Shown piece by piece: positions 39,479 through 54,366 of a stretch of 64,000 nt of DNA. Below the pieces are notes generated by a model. It was given only the letters and a program-made list of their open reading frames with translations, did no database searches and was not told the origin of the DNA. Numbering within the stretch: the stretch's first letter is position 1; each line of letters opens with the position of its first letter. This stretch comes from Tubiluchus corallicola (taxonomy: Eukaryota; Animalia; Priapulida), in the NCBI GenBank assembly GCA_030141605.1, contig JAQGDQ010000041.1, positions 881,165-945,164 on the forward strand, in the 5' to 3' direction. Position numbers and translations under genes: made by a program.

Positions 39479-42400
39479 CTAGACGCGTTTAAATCTCATC
39501 CTTCCACAATTTTCGAGGAATTCTGTAATAAAAACAATTATATAAGATAGGCCTATAATTATAATAAAAGCATAACATTCATTTTAAATGTACCAAAACC
39601 AACTCAGAAAGTTTCTTATTCTCAGATAATTGCATTAATACAACATTCAGGACCACTATCTTTGACATTATTGAAAACTTTTCTCAACAAGTTGCTTTAC
39701 ATTGCGTAGTGATGAATAATTACCCAAATTTCAAGCCAAACTCCAAAATCAAATAAAACCCATCTGGCGATGCAGCACATCTGTTACAAAAAGACAAAGA
39801 ATTAGAAGTTATGTAAAGATTTAAAAAGAGAAACTGACTTTATATCGATTTGCATATCAATAACATATAAAAAGCTAATATTACCATCCTGTTTGGATTT
39901 CTTTTCTTCACTGTCTGGTAGTTCATTTTTGAGGACTGATGTCACTGCTTCTTCCTGATTTGATTCAGATTCCAACTGCTGTTGTTCTCTTTCTTGCACC
40001 TGTGTATGATAGGTAGCGTGAAAAAAATTGAATGGGGTCTTGATTTGTATCAGGGACCTTTGAATTTCAAATTGAACATCGTAGATCATTAGATCACTCA
40101 GTCCTTTTGATCAAAACAGGTTCTGATTAAATTTGAACTTATTAGGATTTACTTTGAATCTCCCTTTAGCGCCTTGATAGCAGTTTAAAATTGTGCGCTT
40201 CTAATTTAAAGTGTATTTGATTAAATCCAGGCTGAGTTAGTCTTTTAATTTGCAGTTTTAGATTTTATTGTCACATTATTTTTGCAGAATATATTTACAA
40301 CAATCATCTATAAGTGCAAAATACTGAACATAAAAATATTTGGTAACAAAGTTAACATCATCAGCCCAACTAAAAAAGAACTATAAGAACATTCTGTTCA
40401 ATTGTACACGATTCCAAAGGCGAAATTATCGGCATAATTGATTATAGCAGGAGTGTCCAACATACGGCCCGCGGGCCAGAATCCGGCCCGCCATGCGTTT
40501 CTATCTGGCCCGCGAAGTTTCTCTTATTTTGTCAAAATTTAATAGACAGCTGCACTTGTAACTCAACTATCAGATTTGCTGGTCGTCAACAATCCATGAA
40601 GGTCACAGTCATTAACACGTGACTTCGATTTCTGACTCAGCAGGTCGCCACAAGGCAGACAGACAGTTTAAACGTAAACATTGTAAACTGATCAAAAGCA
40701 TAAACTTATAAGACTATCTCTTCTATCTTAAATGTAACATAAAATGTATTTTGTGCTTCATTGTCTTTTTGTGGTTGTGAAATTGTTAATCCGGCCCGCG
40801 ACTGCTTTGAAGGTTGTACACTTGGCCCTCAGTTCAAAAAGGTTGGACACCCCTGGATTATAGTTAGACTTGTGATCCTCCTATATGCAGATCTGAGACA
40901 GACTGCAACTCGTGACTGAAATGAGACTGTCTTGTCATTTGTTGGGTTCACAGTCGTTCCTAGTAACAGTGCTCTGCTTGATAACTAAACAATCTTGTTG
41001 AAATACGGCAAGACCCTTTTCAGCTGTAATATATTTTGCCTTTTTTCAAAGCTATAATCCGCACTTCTGTAGCTTATGACTTGCAAGTATCAAGGTACTA
41101 TATAATTTTCACAATCTATTTGAAAGCTAGGATGTCACTGTTGTTTTCAAATTTTTGTAACATTTGATAAAAAACCTGCAATTGTTGACGACGACGGCGA
41201 CGCTTGCTAAGCTTCTCGTGCAAGCCAGCTTGCATGCGAATCCGATTCTCCTCCTGACCTTGATGAAACTGCTGCATCTCCTCTTCATGTTGCTTCTTTA
41301 AATTTTCAATGTTACCTGCACGTAAGAATGTCCAAATATCAATTAGCGATAAACAGTATAAATGCAATAAATGATATCTAATGCTATCAATGCCCCTGAA
41401 CCTACTAGATGAAAAAAATCACGCAAGCTAGGATTGCAACACATACCATGCTGACTGTATTACCAACATAAATTTCAAACATCATCTCATTTTTATTCGC
41501 TTGGCACTCTGTAAGCTAAAATCTGTGGCAGAACTGGAGCCTAGATCATCATGAAGGGTAATCGCCAGAGACGAGGCACAGAAGCCTTTACTGTGATTAC
41601 GAAGTAGCTTTCTGCTCAGTCTCAATACTGTTTACAACATTACAGTAACAAGTTTTGTTCAGATTTAATTTCTGTCATTTCAATTTTCGTGAAATTTCTA
41701 TTTTACAAAATTAAATCCCATATTGAATTTAACAACAAATTATATAATGTGTTTCACACGTCACCACGTCCCAAACTCAACAAATCTACCCTAAATAAAT
41801 TTTTTTATTGACCTATCCTTACATAGTTGCGCTCTCTTTCATGCTCACATCTCAATCTAAATTAGCCCTTTACCATTAAGCCGGACTGAGTCTAAACTCT
41901 AAATCTAAACTTGCAGGCCACGACAATAATAAAACAGCTGGTGATGTTCATTGCTTCAAAATGCATATGTACTTGAGACCATTATTATAGTCAGTCGTTA
42001 GATCAACAATTCAAAGAATTAAAATGCTAATTTTTTTATTTATCACCATCACAGCAATTGACCAGGTCAACCTAGCTTAACAGTTAGTCAAATGATTCTA
42101 CATTTATACAATTTTACCTGTTAGGCTTTTCATTACAACTATGCTATAAATGTCACCCAGGAATAAATATACGTTAAAATTGAGATAAAACCTTGATAAA
42201 TAAAGATCACATCCGGGTATTTCACACGTCGCTCATTATTTTTAAAATTTGCTAAAATAGCTATTACAAGACAAACCATATGACAATTCAACTGCTAAGT
42301 TTACAACTCACTAGAATTTTAGTTGCATCAAACTTCATAAATCGTAAGTCTACTTTATGAAACAAGCCAAACAACTATTCTACATATTGTTGGACAACAT

Positions 42401-45400
42401 AAAAGAAACACATGCAGGCCCAAGGAGAGGGGGTGCAGCTGGACGCCCTACTCTGGCTATGCAACGGTAAAGTTAGAAACTCTAAATTTTTTTGGCTGGA
42501 CAATATTTTTATTGGATTCTCACCTACATTTGAGATTATTTCATATGTTAAACAATGAAGACCTAGTACTGTAAAACATGAATCTTTAACTTGATTTATG
42601 CATGTTAGGCCTAACAATTTGTGCAGCTGGGTCCAGCCACAGAATAATTTCCAATTTTCTAAACCTAACATCAGTTTTGTGCATTGTACAGCCAAAGCTC
42701 GCCTATAGATTTTTCTACAAGTCGGGCAGTCTCAGTTTGCTCACGAGCAATATCCAGGTGATATTACTGATGAACTCATAATGGAGATGAGACATTGGCC
42801 AACATTTACATTCAGTAAACTGAAACAGGTTAAAGTTTCCTTAGATCCACAATGACACAGGGACGGCTAGCAGACCTGGCAATATTCAGTACTGAGCCTT
42901 TTTATTTAGTAGAAAATGAACTGGGACGTATTATGGTTCACTGTGAAATTAAAATATTACAGTTATTAAGAAATAAAGATTATTAAATTATTGTAGTGCA
43001 TTTTATTATCTTCATGTCCTTGTACAGGTGAGGGAAAGATGCCCAAAATTTGTCTTGGTCCTCACATAAAAATTTTTTCGGCAGCCTTGAACACAAGCAT
43101 TCCTTGTCCGTTGTTCTAATGTGGGGAGGTCTCGCAGCTTGGTAGCATGCACTTTGCTCTTAATGTAACTTCACAAAAAGAAGTTCATGGTGTGTGCTCC
43201 AGAGAGTGAGCAATCCATGTGACTTTAAACCTCTGCTTTAGATCAACACAGTAGCAGAAGGAAATGGCACAAAACTTCAAATGCAGGCTCAAAAACTTCT
43301 GACCTACTTAGTAAGAGTTTACCATAAGATGAATGTCATTAGACAACTAGCAGCAAAGAAAACTGAAAAAAATTGCGAGTGATTTATAAAACACCTTGGC
43401 CTATTTGATCAATACTTACCAAATATGTCTTGTTGGGAAGGCATGGCAGCAGATGACAATGTGTTGTCAGCATGTTCTTTTGGAACTTCAGCCTAAAAAA
43501 CAATGAAAAGATATTACAAGATCAATATAAAGATTAACACAGTAACTGAAAGCAGGTAGTGAATAAGATCTCTCCACCCAACTGTACATTCTGCAAAATA
43601 ACCAAACATTGCTTTTCTGAAGCTAAAAGTATAAACAAGACGTGATGTCATGCGATGGGCAACGATTCGTTCTGTTTACCACGAGGAGACATTATGCTGT
43701 TTCATACCTTTAATAAATAGTGATTACTACTTTCCCTTACTTAAATTTTAAATTTAAAAGTACATACTTTAATAAATTTAAATTAACACAACAGAGAAAA
43801 GTAAAACTTAGTGACAACAATATCTGATTTAATTTCGTGCAGCAAGGACTTCAGATAACACAACGTAAATCAGCATAAAATCAAAGACCAATAATAATGC
43901 AATAATCCATTGCATACCTTACGTGGTGAATACAGCAAATTTCACAGCACACAAAGAAGATGTATGGCAAAAGATAGGAGACATCACACTGCAAGAATTT
44001 GACAACCTACACACACAAAAATGCATGTGAAAAGCAAAAATGCAAAACATTACTGACCAGCTATCAGCCATTATTAGCAATTATGCTTCGTCTGCAGTGG
44101 CATGCCAATACACATGTTAGCACATTAATTATCACGATCAAAAAAATCATATTCCATTCATTATCCAGCCAATCGCTTTTGGCAGGTTTCATGTACCTGT
44201 ATTCAGCACAACAAGTGCTAAATTTTTGGCATTTGCTTGCTGTAATAAGGTCAAAATTAGCAAAACGAAAGGCTATGTCATAGTTCATACCAGCGATCGC
44301 TCGGCTGTGAAACAAATTTTATTAGCTTCTGTTTAAAGTAAACTCATCCAATGGTAACTATAATGGCTGATAAAAATAAGTTGCAAAACTGGTTAAGCAG
44401 TTCTTGTGCATATGAACAATGGCATATAGATGTGACAGTACAATAGGTAAAGCACATAGCTTGTAAACGAGAAGTCTATGCTCAATTTCTAACCAGATCA
44501 AAACGAAAGTTTTCCAAAAACTTATTTATTTATAGCTTCGAGTCTTACAATAAAAATAGTATAAACATGGTCTTCAAAATGGGTATAGCTACTCAACTGT
44601 CGACATTTTTGACTCCTATTAGTACATGTGGTGCAGTAGTTGTTGGCATGACTGTTTGCTGGCCATGTTATTTGCAACACTGCACCCTCTTAAGAAAACA
44701 AATGAATTAACCATTATTGAACTGCATTGTGAAATAAAATCAAGTGCAGCAATGCGACTTACCATATTTCTTTATTTATGACTTCACATTGTCATAAGTT
44801 TTAGTTAATGCTATCAATAATTGTGAAAATGTCACAACACAGCAGTTTTTTACTAAAATAATATGCTAAGAAACAAAAAACACTGCAAAACTAAAATAAA
44901 CTCACATAATGCAAATAAACTGACCAGCAGGTCAAAACAAGTTACATTCTCAAGTGATCATTAGCACACTTTACCATTAAATCGGGTTTTATTGTCTGTT
45001 CAGCCAGTTCCTTGTTTATGGACACTGAATCTGCTTCGGCAAATTCAACTTTTGGTTCTTCAGTCTCGGCTACTTTAGCAGCAGGAACCCAAGCATCTAG
45101 CTCATCTGCAAATAAATCTTGATTCATTAAAGCAATATGGCACTCTAAATAAGGCTACATTAGATATCACATATATGACGACATGTTCTTTAAGCTACTT
45201 CACTTTAGCAGCAGGAACCAATGCACATATTCGTGTGCAAGGAATTTGAATGCTAAATGATTAAGCAGTGTTTAATACAATTTTGAACCAGTTACATACT
45301 GTAACATATCCAGCAAGTGAAAAGCACTTTTTCAATCTTTAAATTTTATTATGATAGCTGGGACGGTCAGTAAATGAGACAAAAACCCACTCACCTGAGT

Positions 45401-48400
45401 TCCTTTGGACTCAATACAGAGGAAAAGGGTAAAGAAGGGTATGTCATCTATGCAGTGTTTTAAGTTTATTGATAAAGGTATAAGTGAAGAGAGAGTAAGA
45501 TATCATTAATAAGATTGTTTAAATGCATTTGTGCAGTAATAAATGCAATAGCGTAAAGCTAATATTCAAAGCATAAGTATAAGAAATTGTGTGTACTGCC
45601 ATGTGAACATGAAACAAATGCCAGTTAAGTTCCATAATATCTTATACGTTAATCTAAACAGACAGGTTGCTTTTAGTTTTTATATACTCTACCTATATCG
45701 ATTTGCTCAGCCTCTCGATCACCCAGAACTTCTCGAACCTTCTCTCGCATCAAGAACATGCGCTCTTTGTGTAACTCTTTTTCTTTTTCTGCTTCCAGTA
45801 CCATTACTTCCTCCAAGTCTTTAGTAATGCTAGTATTGATAACCTGCAAACATCACAAAGTAAATAGGTACCCATATTTTACACTTAATCAGGTCTTTCA
45901 AAAGAGTAAAATCATACAAAATAGGATCAATTTCAGTGACAGACGCTAAATTTGTGAAGACAGACAATCTAGTTTTCGCAAAAGCTCATAAGCTCCTAAA
46001 AGATAACCTTAAAAACAGTAGCCTATATGTAGTCAAAGTCCCCAGCAGATAAGAAGGTCCAGAATCGGAACAATGTAAATATATTATTGCTAAATGATGG
46101 TGATGATGATGATGACGATGATGATGGTGGTGGTGACGGTGATTATGATGATGGAGATAAATGAATGTAAGAGGGTGTCATTCATGTCGACAATAATGAC
46201 GACAAAGATAACACTGAAAATGACAACAGTATTTAAAAAACAAGACAGCCATTTACCTCAGTAAACCAGTACAGTAAAGCAGCACATCTCTTATGAGTTG
46301 CATCATAACAATGCCAGGCGTGTGCATGACGTTCCACGGATTGCATGTCAGTGAAAACATAGTGAGCTGCTCGTGCTAATGTATCTACCTCGCTAGGTCC
46401 ACAATACGGAAACTGCAAAGGTCAAAATTGTATAGTTACATAATTATACTAAATGTAATACTGTACATACAAACTATCAACCCAGCATGCACAGCTGCAC
46501 GCACATATAAATACATATACAGATATGCACAATCTGCATGCTGTAAGCATAAAAATGATTTAAGTTTAAAAGATGTGTAGCATGCATTTTCATTTCCCTG
46601 AAAGCAGGCTTAAGACTTATAGCACACACATATTACCACAATCTGAGCAAATTATCAAATAAGTTAATAACACACCAATTTAACACAATTTAATGCAAAT
46701 ATAAAACAATTCGTTCCTTTAAAAAATATTTATATTTGGAAACTGGCAATCACATAAAAGCAAGAACATATTCAAGTAGTCACAGAAAACTGATCTACTG
46801 TTATCGCCGTTTTAATTAGCTTGTACTTTAAGCAAAATGATTGAATCCAGCTTTGACTAAAAATGGTTCTCTGTCCTCAAACTGTGAACAGCAGCACATG
46901 AAGAGATTCTTTGCACAGTAATGATTAACCAAGCAGCTTGTACAGCAAGTGGTCTGTAATGCAATGCAGTCTTATTCAAACAAAAAAAGAAACGTCATGA
47001 CCATATACTAAACTAGCCATGCAGGATGTCAAGAGGATGATTTTATAATTAAATTACTGTATACAGCAACTACTTGTTGGCAGATACACGACTCGTCATG
47101 CAGATGTTCCCAGGGGTACCAGAAGCAGTGGGACAACCTTTTATAACAAAAACTCCAAAAATATAAAGGCTAAACAGTTTTTTCATTACATTATAATGAT
47201 AAATCGTTACAAAATGGATGTGCTTACATCCACATGCACTTCATTAACAAATTTATTGTCCAGAAGAAGTTAGGTTTGTCTATCTTTTGTCATTGCTGTC
47301 GTAATTATTGTTTTTGCTGTCAAACAAAGTTCCCTTTCAACAAAGCTGTCAACCTCTTAAATTTACTTCTGGCACCCCTCTTCAAATATGCATGATAAAG
47401 AAATTTATTTATTGAGCCAATTCTACAATAAATTATATAGGTGATCATTCAGTATGCAACTACTATAGCTATAGTTTATAAATCTATGGACTATATATGT
47501 TACACCCCTGATCAGTCCTACATAACAAATTCTGCAGAAACAGATCTTTTCGGCAAATGTTCATCTATATTAATTATATTCGGCAGATCTATATTAATAA
47601 TATTAATTACATTTAATATATAATTAATAATTATTCTTGCATATTAGAATCAGAATTTAAAGAAGCCACCAACCATTAACATTACAGGTTCAGTTTTACC
47701 TGAATATTCTCCAGCTGTGCATGTGCATTTCGTTGATTCTGTATTGCAGCTACCAGGTAATTCCTAACTTCAGCTGCCATGTGAGACATTCGAGCCAAAT
47801 CACTATGAAATAATATGAGAATTAAGAACTGTTTCATCTTAATTTACTGGCATCCCAAATTAAAATTTCAAATTAGTATTTCAAACTACTACAGTAATAC
47901 TGTACGAATGTCGCTTCTGCAAAGAGATTTATAAATAGACATAATTGCCTTGTAGTCAATTAAAATGTAGTTTTTTATAACACTGTTGTGTATTTATTTA
48001 TATTCTAAAGAAAGTCTAAAATACGTTGATCAGTAAACATCGCAGGTTATGGGCAGAAACATTTTGCAGTCAATAACACCAGCATACATGTAATTTTTTG
48101 TGGGGTAAGTAATGTTATGAGATGCAGGCGATTATAACTGTCATTCAAAAAATATTATTAATGGGTCATTATATCTACTGCATAATTCTTAATCACAACA
48201 AATTTGCATCAACTAATCACCAAGGGCTAAAACAAAACAAAAAACGGCTACAACTTTCACTTTTACTTAGTTAAAACATTAGTCAGTGAATTGCATGCAC
48301 ATTTTCTGTAAGTGCATACAGCTGAATCATACTGAGATTCAAAAAGCGAAAACACCTATTTATATTTAATGTTTCATAATGCAATATAATAAAATTAAAT

Positions 48401-51400
48401 AATAGTCGAGGTTTCAAATGGGCTTTTTTAATTGCAACAATGACTCTTTATTATGACTCAAATCTAAAACTGCTACAGAATAAAGAAGCCATTATTTTTA
48501 TTAGGTGAACAGGGTTACTATCTCTTTGGCTCACAATAAAACACCTTTTGATGCCGCCTAATTGTGTAGTAACCTACTAGCAAGTGCAATCAATAATACA
48601 TTCTGTTTATAGTAGCACCATGGTACACAACATACGTGCAGCTGTCGTTGCTACATACCACTTCACGATGTTAAAATATATCACAAGCAATATGGTATCC
48701 TGAACGAACTATTGATTTTGTTCTTTCTGATAATCAGCCAACTCAAATTCTTAGTAAGCAGCTGAATGTATGCAAATTAGCATGAAAAAGTGCTAAAAAG
48801 TTTTCAGACACTGCAAACTGTAACCAAAGAATGAACATTTCAACTACACATATATACAACACATGAATGTCAAACAAGTAGTTAAATTATAGATATATAG
48901 GGACAGACATCATCTTTATTTATCACATATTTACATGTCGTATATGATACAAAAAACACAGATAACTTAGCAGATATTTTCAAAAGAAAAACACTGATTA
49001 TGGTGATATATGGTTATACTCACAATTGGCAGGTCAATTAATTTAAATGAATTTTATCATTTTTATGAATACATTGCTCTTAACTAGGATTTGAAGAAAA
49101 TTCTCTGGGTGAAATTACAATGCAGTGTTGTTTCGATATATTTGACAAATACCTCCAAGGTTATCTGTCAAGTTAAATCCTTTTCAATGTGGCTTTTCAA
49201 TTTTTTTCTTGATGTAGCTCACATATCGTAGTGACATTTATGAATGATTGTTAAATGCTTGTTAAATTATTATCAAATCAATATACTGTTACGCTGCACT
49301 AGATTACAAATGTCAGGCTTTGTGTGAGCATATGTTTACTGATCAAACACTCATGGTTATTCATTATATTCATCATGAAAGAAGATAAACACTGTAATGT
49401 ATTTGGCAAATGAGGTGAGTTACCAAGACCTTATGCCTTTTGCATAGACCAAGACTTTGCAACAAGCTACTGTAAAAACTGAAAACAACTGCAAAATCAA
49501 TTACACAAATTTTGCATGTACATCATCTGCTAATAATCATCGCAGAAATGTCATCAGTTAAATAGCATACGCTACTATAAGTAGTGATACCAGTGCATGC
49601 CTACATGATATGTATGCACATGTTTTAGTGAATAAAAGCTACAAAGCACAAATCCAACTAAAACATTATTTGCCTAACTTTTTTTTGGCAACACCAAAAT
49701 TCTTACGTTTCTTGCCGCAAGTTTTTCCAACGGCCGACGGCAAAAGCAAGCTGATTACAAGCATAATGTATCAACAGGCGTGCCGTGTGCCATCTATACC
49801 GAGCAATGCTGACTTGTTGACGTCTCTCACTCAGCATGTTCAGCTCAGATTCTAACTTGTCTTCCTTCTCGCTTCCATATTCTCCATCAAAAATTTCACC
49901 TAACAGAATGAGATTAATTTGTATTAACTTTTTCATGACAATACTTGCCAAAACATTTGGTCTCTTTATTTGTTTGTATATACAGGGTTGTCCAAACAAA
50001 ACAAAAATAAAAAGTCAAAATGCGCAAAATCTTAGCGGAATAACAATGAATATATATATTCTATACATAAGAAAAAAATTAGTAGTGAGTTTCATCTTTT
50101 ATTTTTGTTGAACTTTTAAAAAATGTGATGTGTAAAATTGTATTTCTATAAGAAATAAAACAAAATTTTTCCCAAATTTTATGTTTTATATGAAAAAATT
50201 CAGCTTTTGATATTAACATAACTCAGAAAAAATTTTCTATGTAGTTTCCTTCCAGATCAATTACTTTACAAAGCCTAGATTAGAATTGGTCAATAACTGA
50301 ATTACTCTCATTCTGCTGAAATTTAACCCATACTTGAAGTAAAACCTTTTTCAGTTCAGGAACATCAGTGATTTCTCTTACTTTATAAACTTGCAACGAT
50401 AAGTTCTGCAAAAGCTTAAAAGAGGATTTAAGTCAGTGCTGTTTTCCAAGCTAAGCAGATAAAGAGACATCAAAAGCTGGATTTAATTTTTCATTTAAAA
50501 CAGTAAGTATTGTAAAAAAATCTTTCCTTTGTTATGGAAACAATTTTAAACATCACATTGGTAAACGGTTCAGCAAAAATAATACATAAATGTACAAGTA
50601 TTTTTTGTGTAAATTTATAAAACGTATATGTACATGTATATTCATTGTTATTCTGTTAAGTCTTTCTTGACTTTTGACTTGTAATTTTTGTTTTATTAAC
50701 AAATTTTTAGGTAATGTCTTTTATGAATAACCCTGCATACAGTATTTCATATATATATATATATATATAATACTGATATATATCAATGTCCACTTAACTC
50801 TCTGCAAAAACTAAACAAGAATAGTGGTGCTTGATTTTTGTGGCTGGAGTTGTAAGTCAGACTCATTATGAAAAACAATGGGGACTGCTTTGTCTGACTG
50901 TTTGTCTGTCTAACCTGCAATCAAATGAAATCCCAGAAAAAATCAATGACTTACTAAACCCCTTTAGATTTTGCCATCATAAGAAACGAAATATGGTTTA
51001 TATATTTGCTTGTCTGTCTGTCTGGATAGTATGTACAAGTAAGTGGTAGTAGTCATCACCTGTACACTTGCCAATGGACTTGGCAAAGAGTACATGACAT
51101 TCTTTTGACATTTTCTAGAACTATAAGCTGTAAACAAACAGAGGCAGTACAAAGTGTCTGGCATTCTCAAAGTTTAAATTATCTACTCTATGCCATATCT
51201 ATACAATAATGCTCTCAAACATTATGTGTAATATCCTAAATTTATTTAGCTAAACAACTACATGAAACAGCATGTAAACAAAATGATCAAACTAACCTAA
51301 TAAGTCATCCAGTTTCTTGTACAGTTCTTGTAAGCGTGCATTTTCCCGTTTCAACTGCAAAATTTCCATGTTCAAGGTTTGCAACTGCTTCTCAGATGAT

Positions 51401-53810
51401 TCAAGTTCTTTAGCAGCCATTTCCTAGACATTTGCATATGTTAAATGTAATTCATTATTTTCACTTATAGAGTTTAATTAAGAATAAGCTACCACAGTTG
51501 ATGAAAAATTTACTACTCATTAATGAACTCATTAAGACTTCAGCCCATTACGTAGTTTTCAAGTAAATAGCCCACTCTATTACATATATATTCAATTTAA
51601 CAAAGCTAACAAAAACAAAACTAAACATTTATTTTTTACTGATTGATAGTTGCATTGTCAAGCTACTATTTCTAAAAAAAAGAATTATACTTTATACTGT
51701 TTTTGTATACTTTATACGTATACTTCATACTGAGTATACTTTATACTTAATGGTACAGAGTTAGCTCTCAAACTCCACAGAAGAGAGAAGGTACCCCTAG
51801 AATAGTTTACTAACTGAGACCGCTATTTAGTTATTTAATCTTTAGTTATCCAATAATTTTCTAAGAGCAAAGTTGTCTTTTTCAAATACTCTTCCAGCCA
51901 CAGTTGTATACTTCTCTGTTCTTTGCTTCCATGTATTCCTCCTGTTCTTGAGAAAACTGCTTGTTTCCTTGCACTTTGTCCTTTAAGAAAGCCACCAAGT
52001 TGTCAACATCAAGTTTCTCTTTGATTCTGCATTTGCAAAAAAATAATAAACAAGAGAAATCGTGACAGAATAAATCCGATAAACAAATTTAGAAATTACA
52101 AGTTTCAATTATGACAAAAATGTTCTAATAAACAGTGCAGTGTGTAATCAGTCTATGTTAGAAAAGTTATAAAAAATAACATTCACGATACTGGATATCA
52201 AACTAATTTAGCAGGTATAGTTGTCTACAAACTTAAATTAATTTGTCTGCAGCTTTAAATTAAAATGAAAAAGCTAAGTCTGCGGTTCGACAAAATTTAG
52301 CATAACTATCATTAGATTATATAACTGCTAGAAAATTAGCATTATTCAGCTTAAATGCCTTTTATGGTACTAGATTCTAAGTGCCATACTTACGTTTGGT
52401 GCTTAAGTTGCTGATAAGCCTCCTTCATTGATACTACACCTGTCTGCAATTTTTGCTTAAGCTTCTCTTTCATTGTTAGTCCAGCAATCACATTCTTATT
52501 CTCCAGGATTTTAATCTCCTTGTAGATAGTAAGATACTGCTTGATTGCACCAATGGTTATTTCCTTACCAGTTGTCTGTTGAACAAATCAGAATTAAAAT
52601 TTCTGTTTTTATTTAGAATTTTAAAACAAAAACTGCTACAGCCAAATACCACAATGTAATTATAACAAATTACATGATGATGATGATGATGATGGCGAAT
52701 ATGATGATGGTCATGATGACGATGACAATGATGGTGATGATGATGATGTTGGTGGTGGTGGTAGTCGTGGTAATCGCGGTGAATGTGATAATAATGATGG
52801 TGATCCGAACCGATACACATTTTTTTATTTCCCTCGAAACAGATACCAAACCAATACCCATTTTTTTATTTTCCTTGAAACCGATACCGATTATTGATTT
52901 TTTTGGAAACCGATACGGATTTCCAATTAACCAATCACTGATTATTGTTTAGATCAGCTATAAATGCAAATTATTAATACTTGTGTTCACATTTGGAAAA
53001 TTGGAAATATCTTTCAAAACTGGGGCTGTTAATACCTGTCTTTATGTCAAACCCTTCTTACTGCTAATGCTGGAAGCAAGAATTACTTCTCATATTATTT
53101 CATAATCAAGTAATTATGCAACGGGATACCTTCGCTGTTTGTGTTGAAATGTATATACATGTCAGTGTTCTGAACGCAAAAAAAATTATCCAAACCGATA
53201 CTGATTTTTTTATTTTCCTCAAAACTGATACCGAAGCGATACTGATTCCGCATTTTTTGCGAATATCGGCAACCAATCTATCGGAACAATGATAATGATG
53301 GCAACTATTGAGATGATGAAGATAGTGATGATTACGACAAAAATTGATGATCCTGCATTACTCACTAGGGAATACTATTTTAAAAAATGATGTCAAGCTT
53401 ACATTTTTATGGTTTTCCCCAATTTCATCGCCTGTTTTAAATTCACTGCTTGTTATCTGAGCATCTTGTATTCTTGAGTTCCATTCTTTCTATTTAAAGA
53501 TTACCAATTATTAATTAGCAAATAATAAAGAGCAATTGTAGGCACAGTATAGTAGAAAAAAGTTTCATTTATGTCATGGCAAACATACTTAAAACACATA
53601 TATTTTGCATTGTTTACCAAAAACCCCCATGCACCTTTATTTAGATTAAAAATTGTCATTATGTTCTAAAGCTCAAGTTACCTCAATGTCGTTATGATTA
53701 TCCTGGCTTTGTTTTGTATGGACTTGTGGTCGAACTTCTTGGACAGGTTTGCCATTACGATATCCATTATAAACATCTTGTTGAGGTGTCGTACTTGATG
53801 AGCAACCCAT
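39479..53810 (-). CDS. Uncharacterised coiled-coil protein with N-terminal MGC acylation motif, about 581 aa
   Basis: Coding exons on minus: 53810-53682, 53489-53403, 52575-52394, 52026-51912, 51423-51297, 49899-49707, 47802-47700, 46412-46257, 45843-45693, 45105-44975, 43492-43420, 41315-41176, 39999-39885, 39522-39479. All are GT-AG and phases chain without stops (1746 nt). Distinctive blocks are IFDGEYGSEKEDKLESEL, AEVRNYLVAAIQN and IQFPYCGPSEVDTL. The last two exons are the least certain. Confidence 0.85.
40448..40855. mobile_element. hAT/Charlie-type MITE (408 bp)
   Basis: TIRs CAGGAGTGTCCAAC / reverse complement CAGGGGTGTCCAAC, GGCCCGC subterminal repeats, and a perfect 8-bp TSD GATTATAG (40440-40447 and 40856-40863). 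Confidence 0.92.
42415..43089. mobile_element. Degenerate hAT-type MITE
   Basis: Ends CAGGCCCAAGGAGAGGGGG and TTTCGGCAGCCTTG. 8-bp TSD AACACATG / AACACAAG with one mismatch. Confidence 0.55.
46094..46155. repeat. (GAT/GGT)n microsatellite
   Basis: Seen directly in the sequence. Confidence 0.85.
49983..50735. mobile_element. Tc1/mariner-like MITE with long degenerate TIRs
   Basis: Left TA|CAGGGTTGTCC...AAAAGTCAAAA...GAATAACAATGAATATA. The right-end reverse complement reads CAGGGTTATTC...CAAGTCAAAAAG...GAATAACAATGAATATA. Confidence 0.6.
52674..52804. repeat. (ATG/GTG)n microsatellite
   Basis: Seen directly; it is the source of the spurious poly-His and poly-Met ORFs. Confidence 0.9.
52805..53285. 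mobile_element. Degenerate DNA-transposon remnant with CCGATA subterminal repeats, inserted into the (ATG)n tract
   Basis: CCGATAC repeats cluster at both ends, with inverted ATATCGG/TATCGG near 53263-53285. GAT-rich sequence resumes after 53290. Confidence 0.5.
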
Positions 53811-54366
53811 GTTAAAACTAACTACAATAGTTGAATGAAAAATAATATTGAGTCCAAAAGTAAATGAATAGTACTGTTCAATTTGAAATAAGTTTACCGA
53901 AGTATTACTCTTTCTCATTAAGCTGGATAGAAAGTCGAAACCCCTTACATCATAGCTATAAAATCATTTGCTACAATTTTGGATCTTCAAAATTTACTAC
54001 TTGTATTAAAAATTGGAACAGTAGTATACATACATAATAAACCCAGTAACTATCAGCTGAAGCATATAATCCATAAAATGCTAAAGTACATGTAACAATT
54101 CTCGGTCAGGAAAACAATTTGATATAAATAATAGTGGAAGTCCTACAACAGTAAGGCCAAGCTAACATTTCGGTTAGAAGGCGTAAAAAGGTTTTATTAT
54201 AATTATGGTTTAATATTATAATAAACTTTCTTTTTACTGCTTTCTGAAATACGATAAAATATTGCTACAAATGCAACTGAGATTGATTAAATATAGATTA
54301 AACCAGTAAATAAGCCATAAGAAAATTACAGTTTAAATGATCTATTTTAAGTATTGTCAATAGCTG

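Noticed and set aside
52557-52952. Poly-His, poly-Met and poly-Ile ORFs
   Set aside because: They are translations of an intronic (ATG)n microsatellite.
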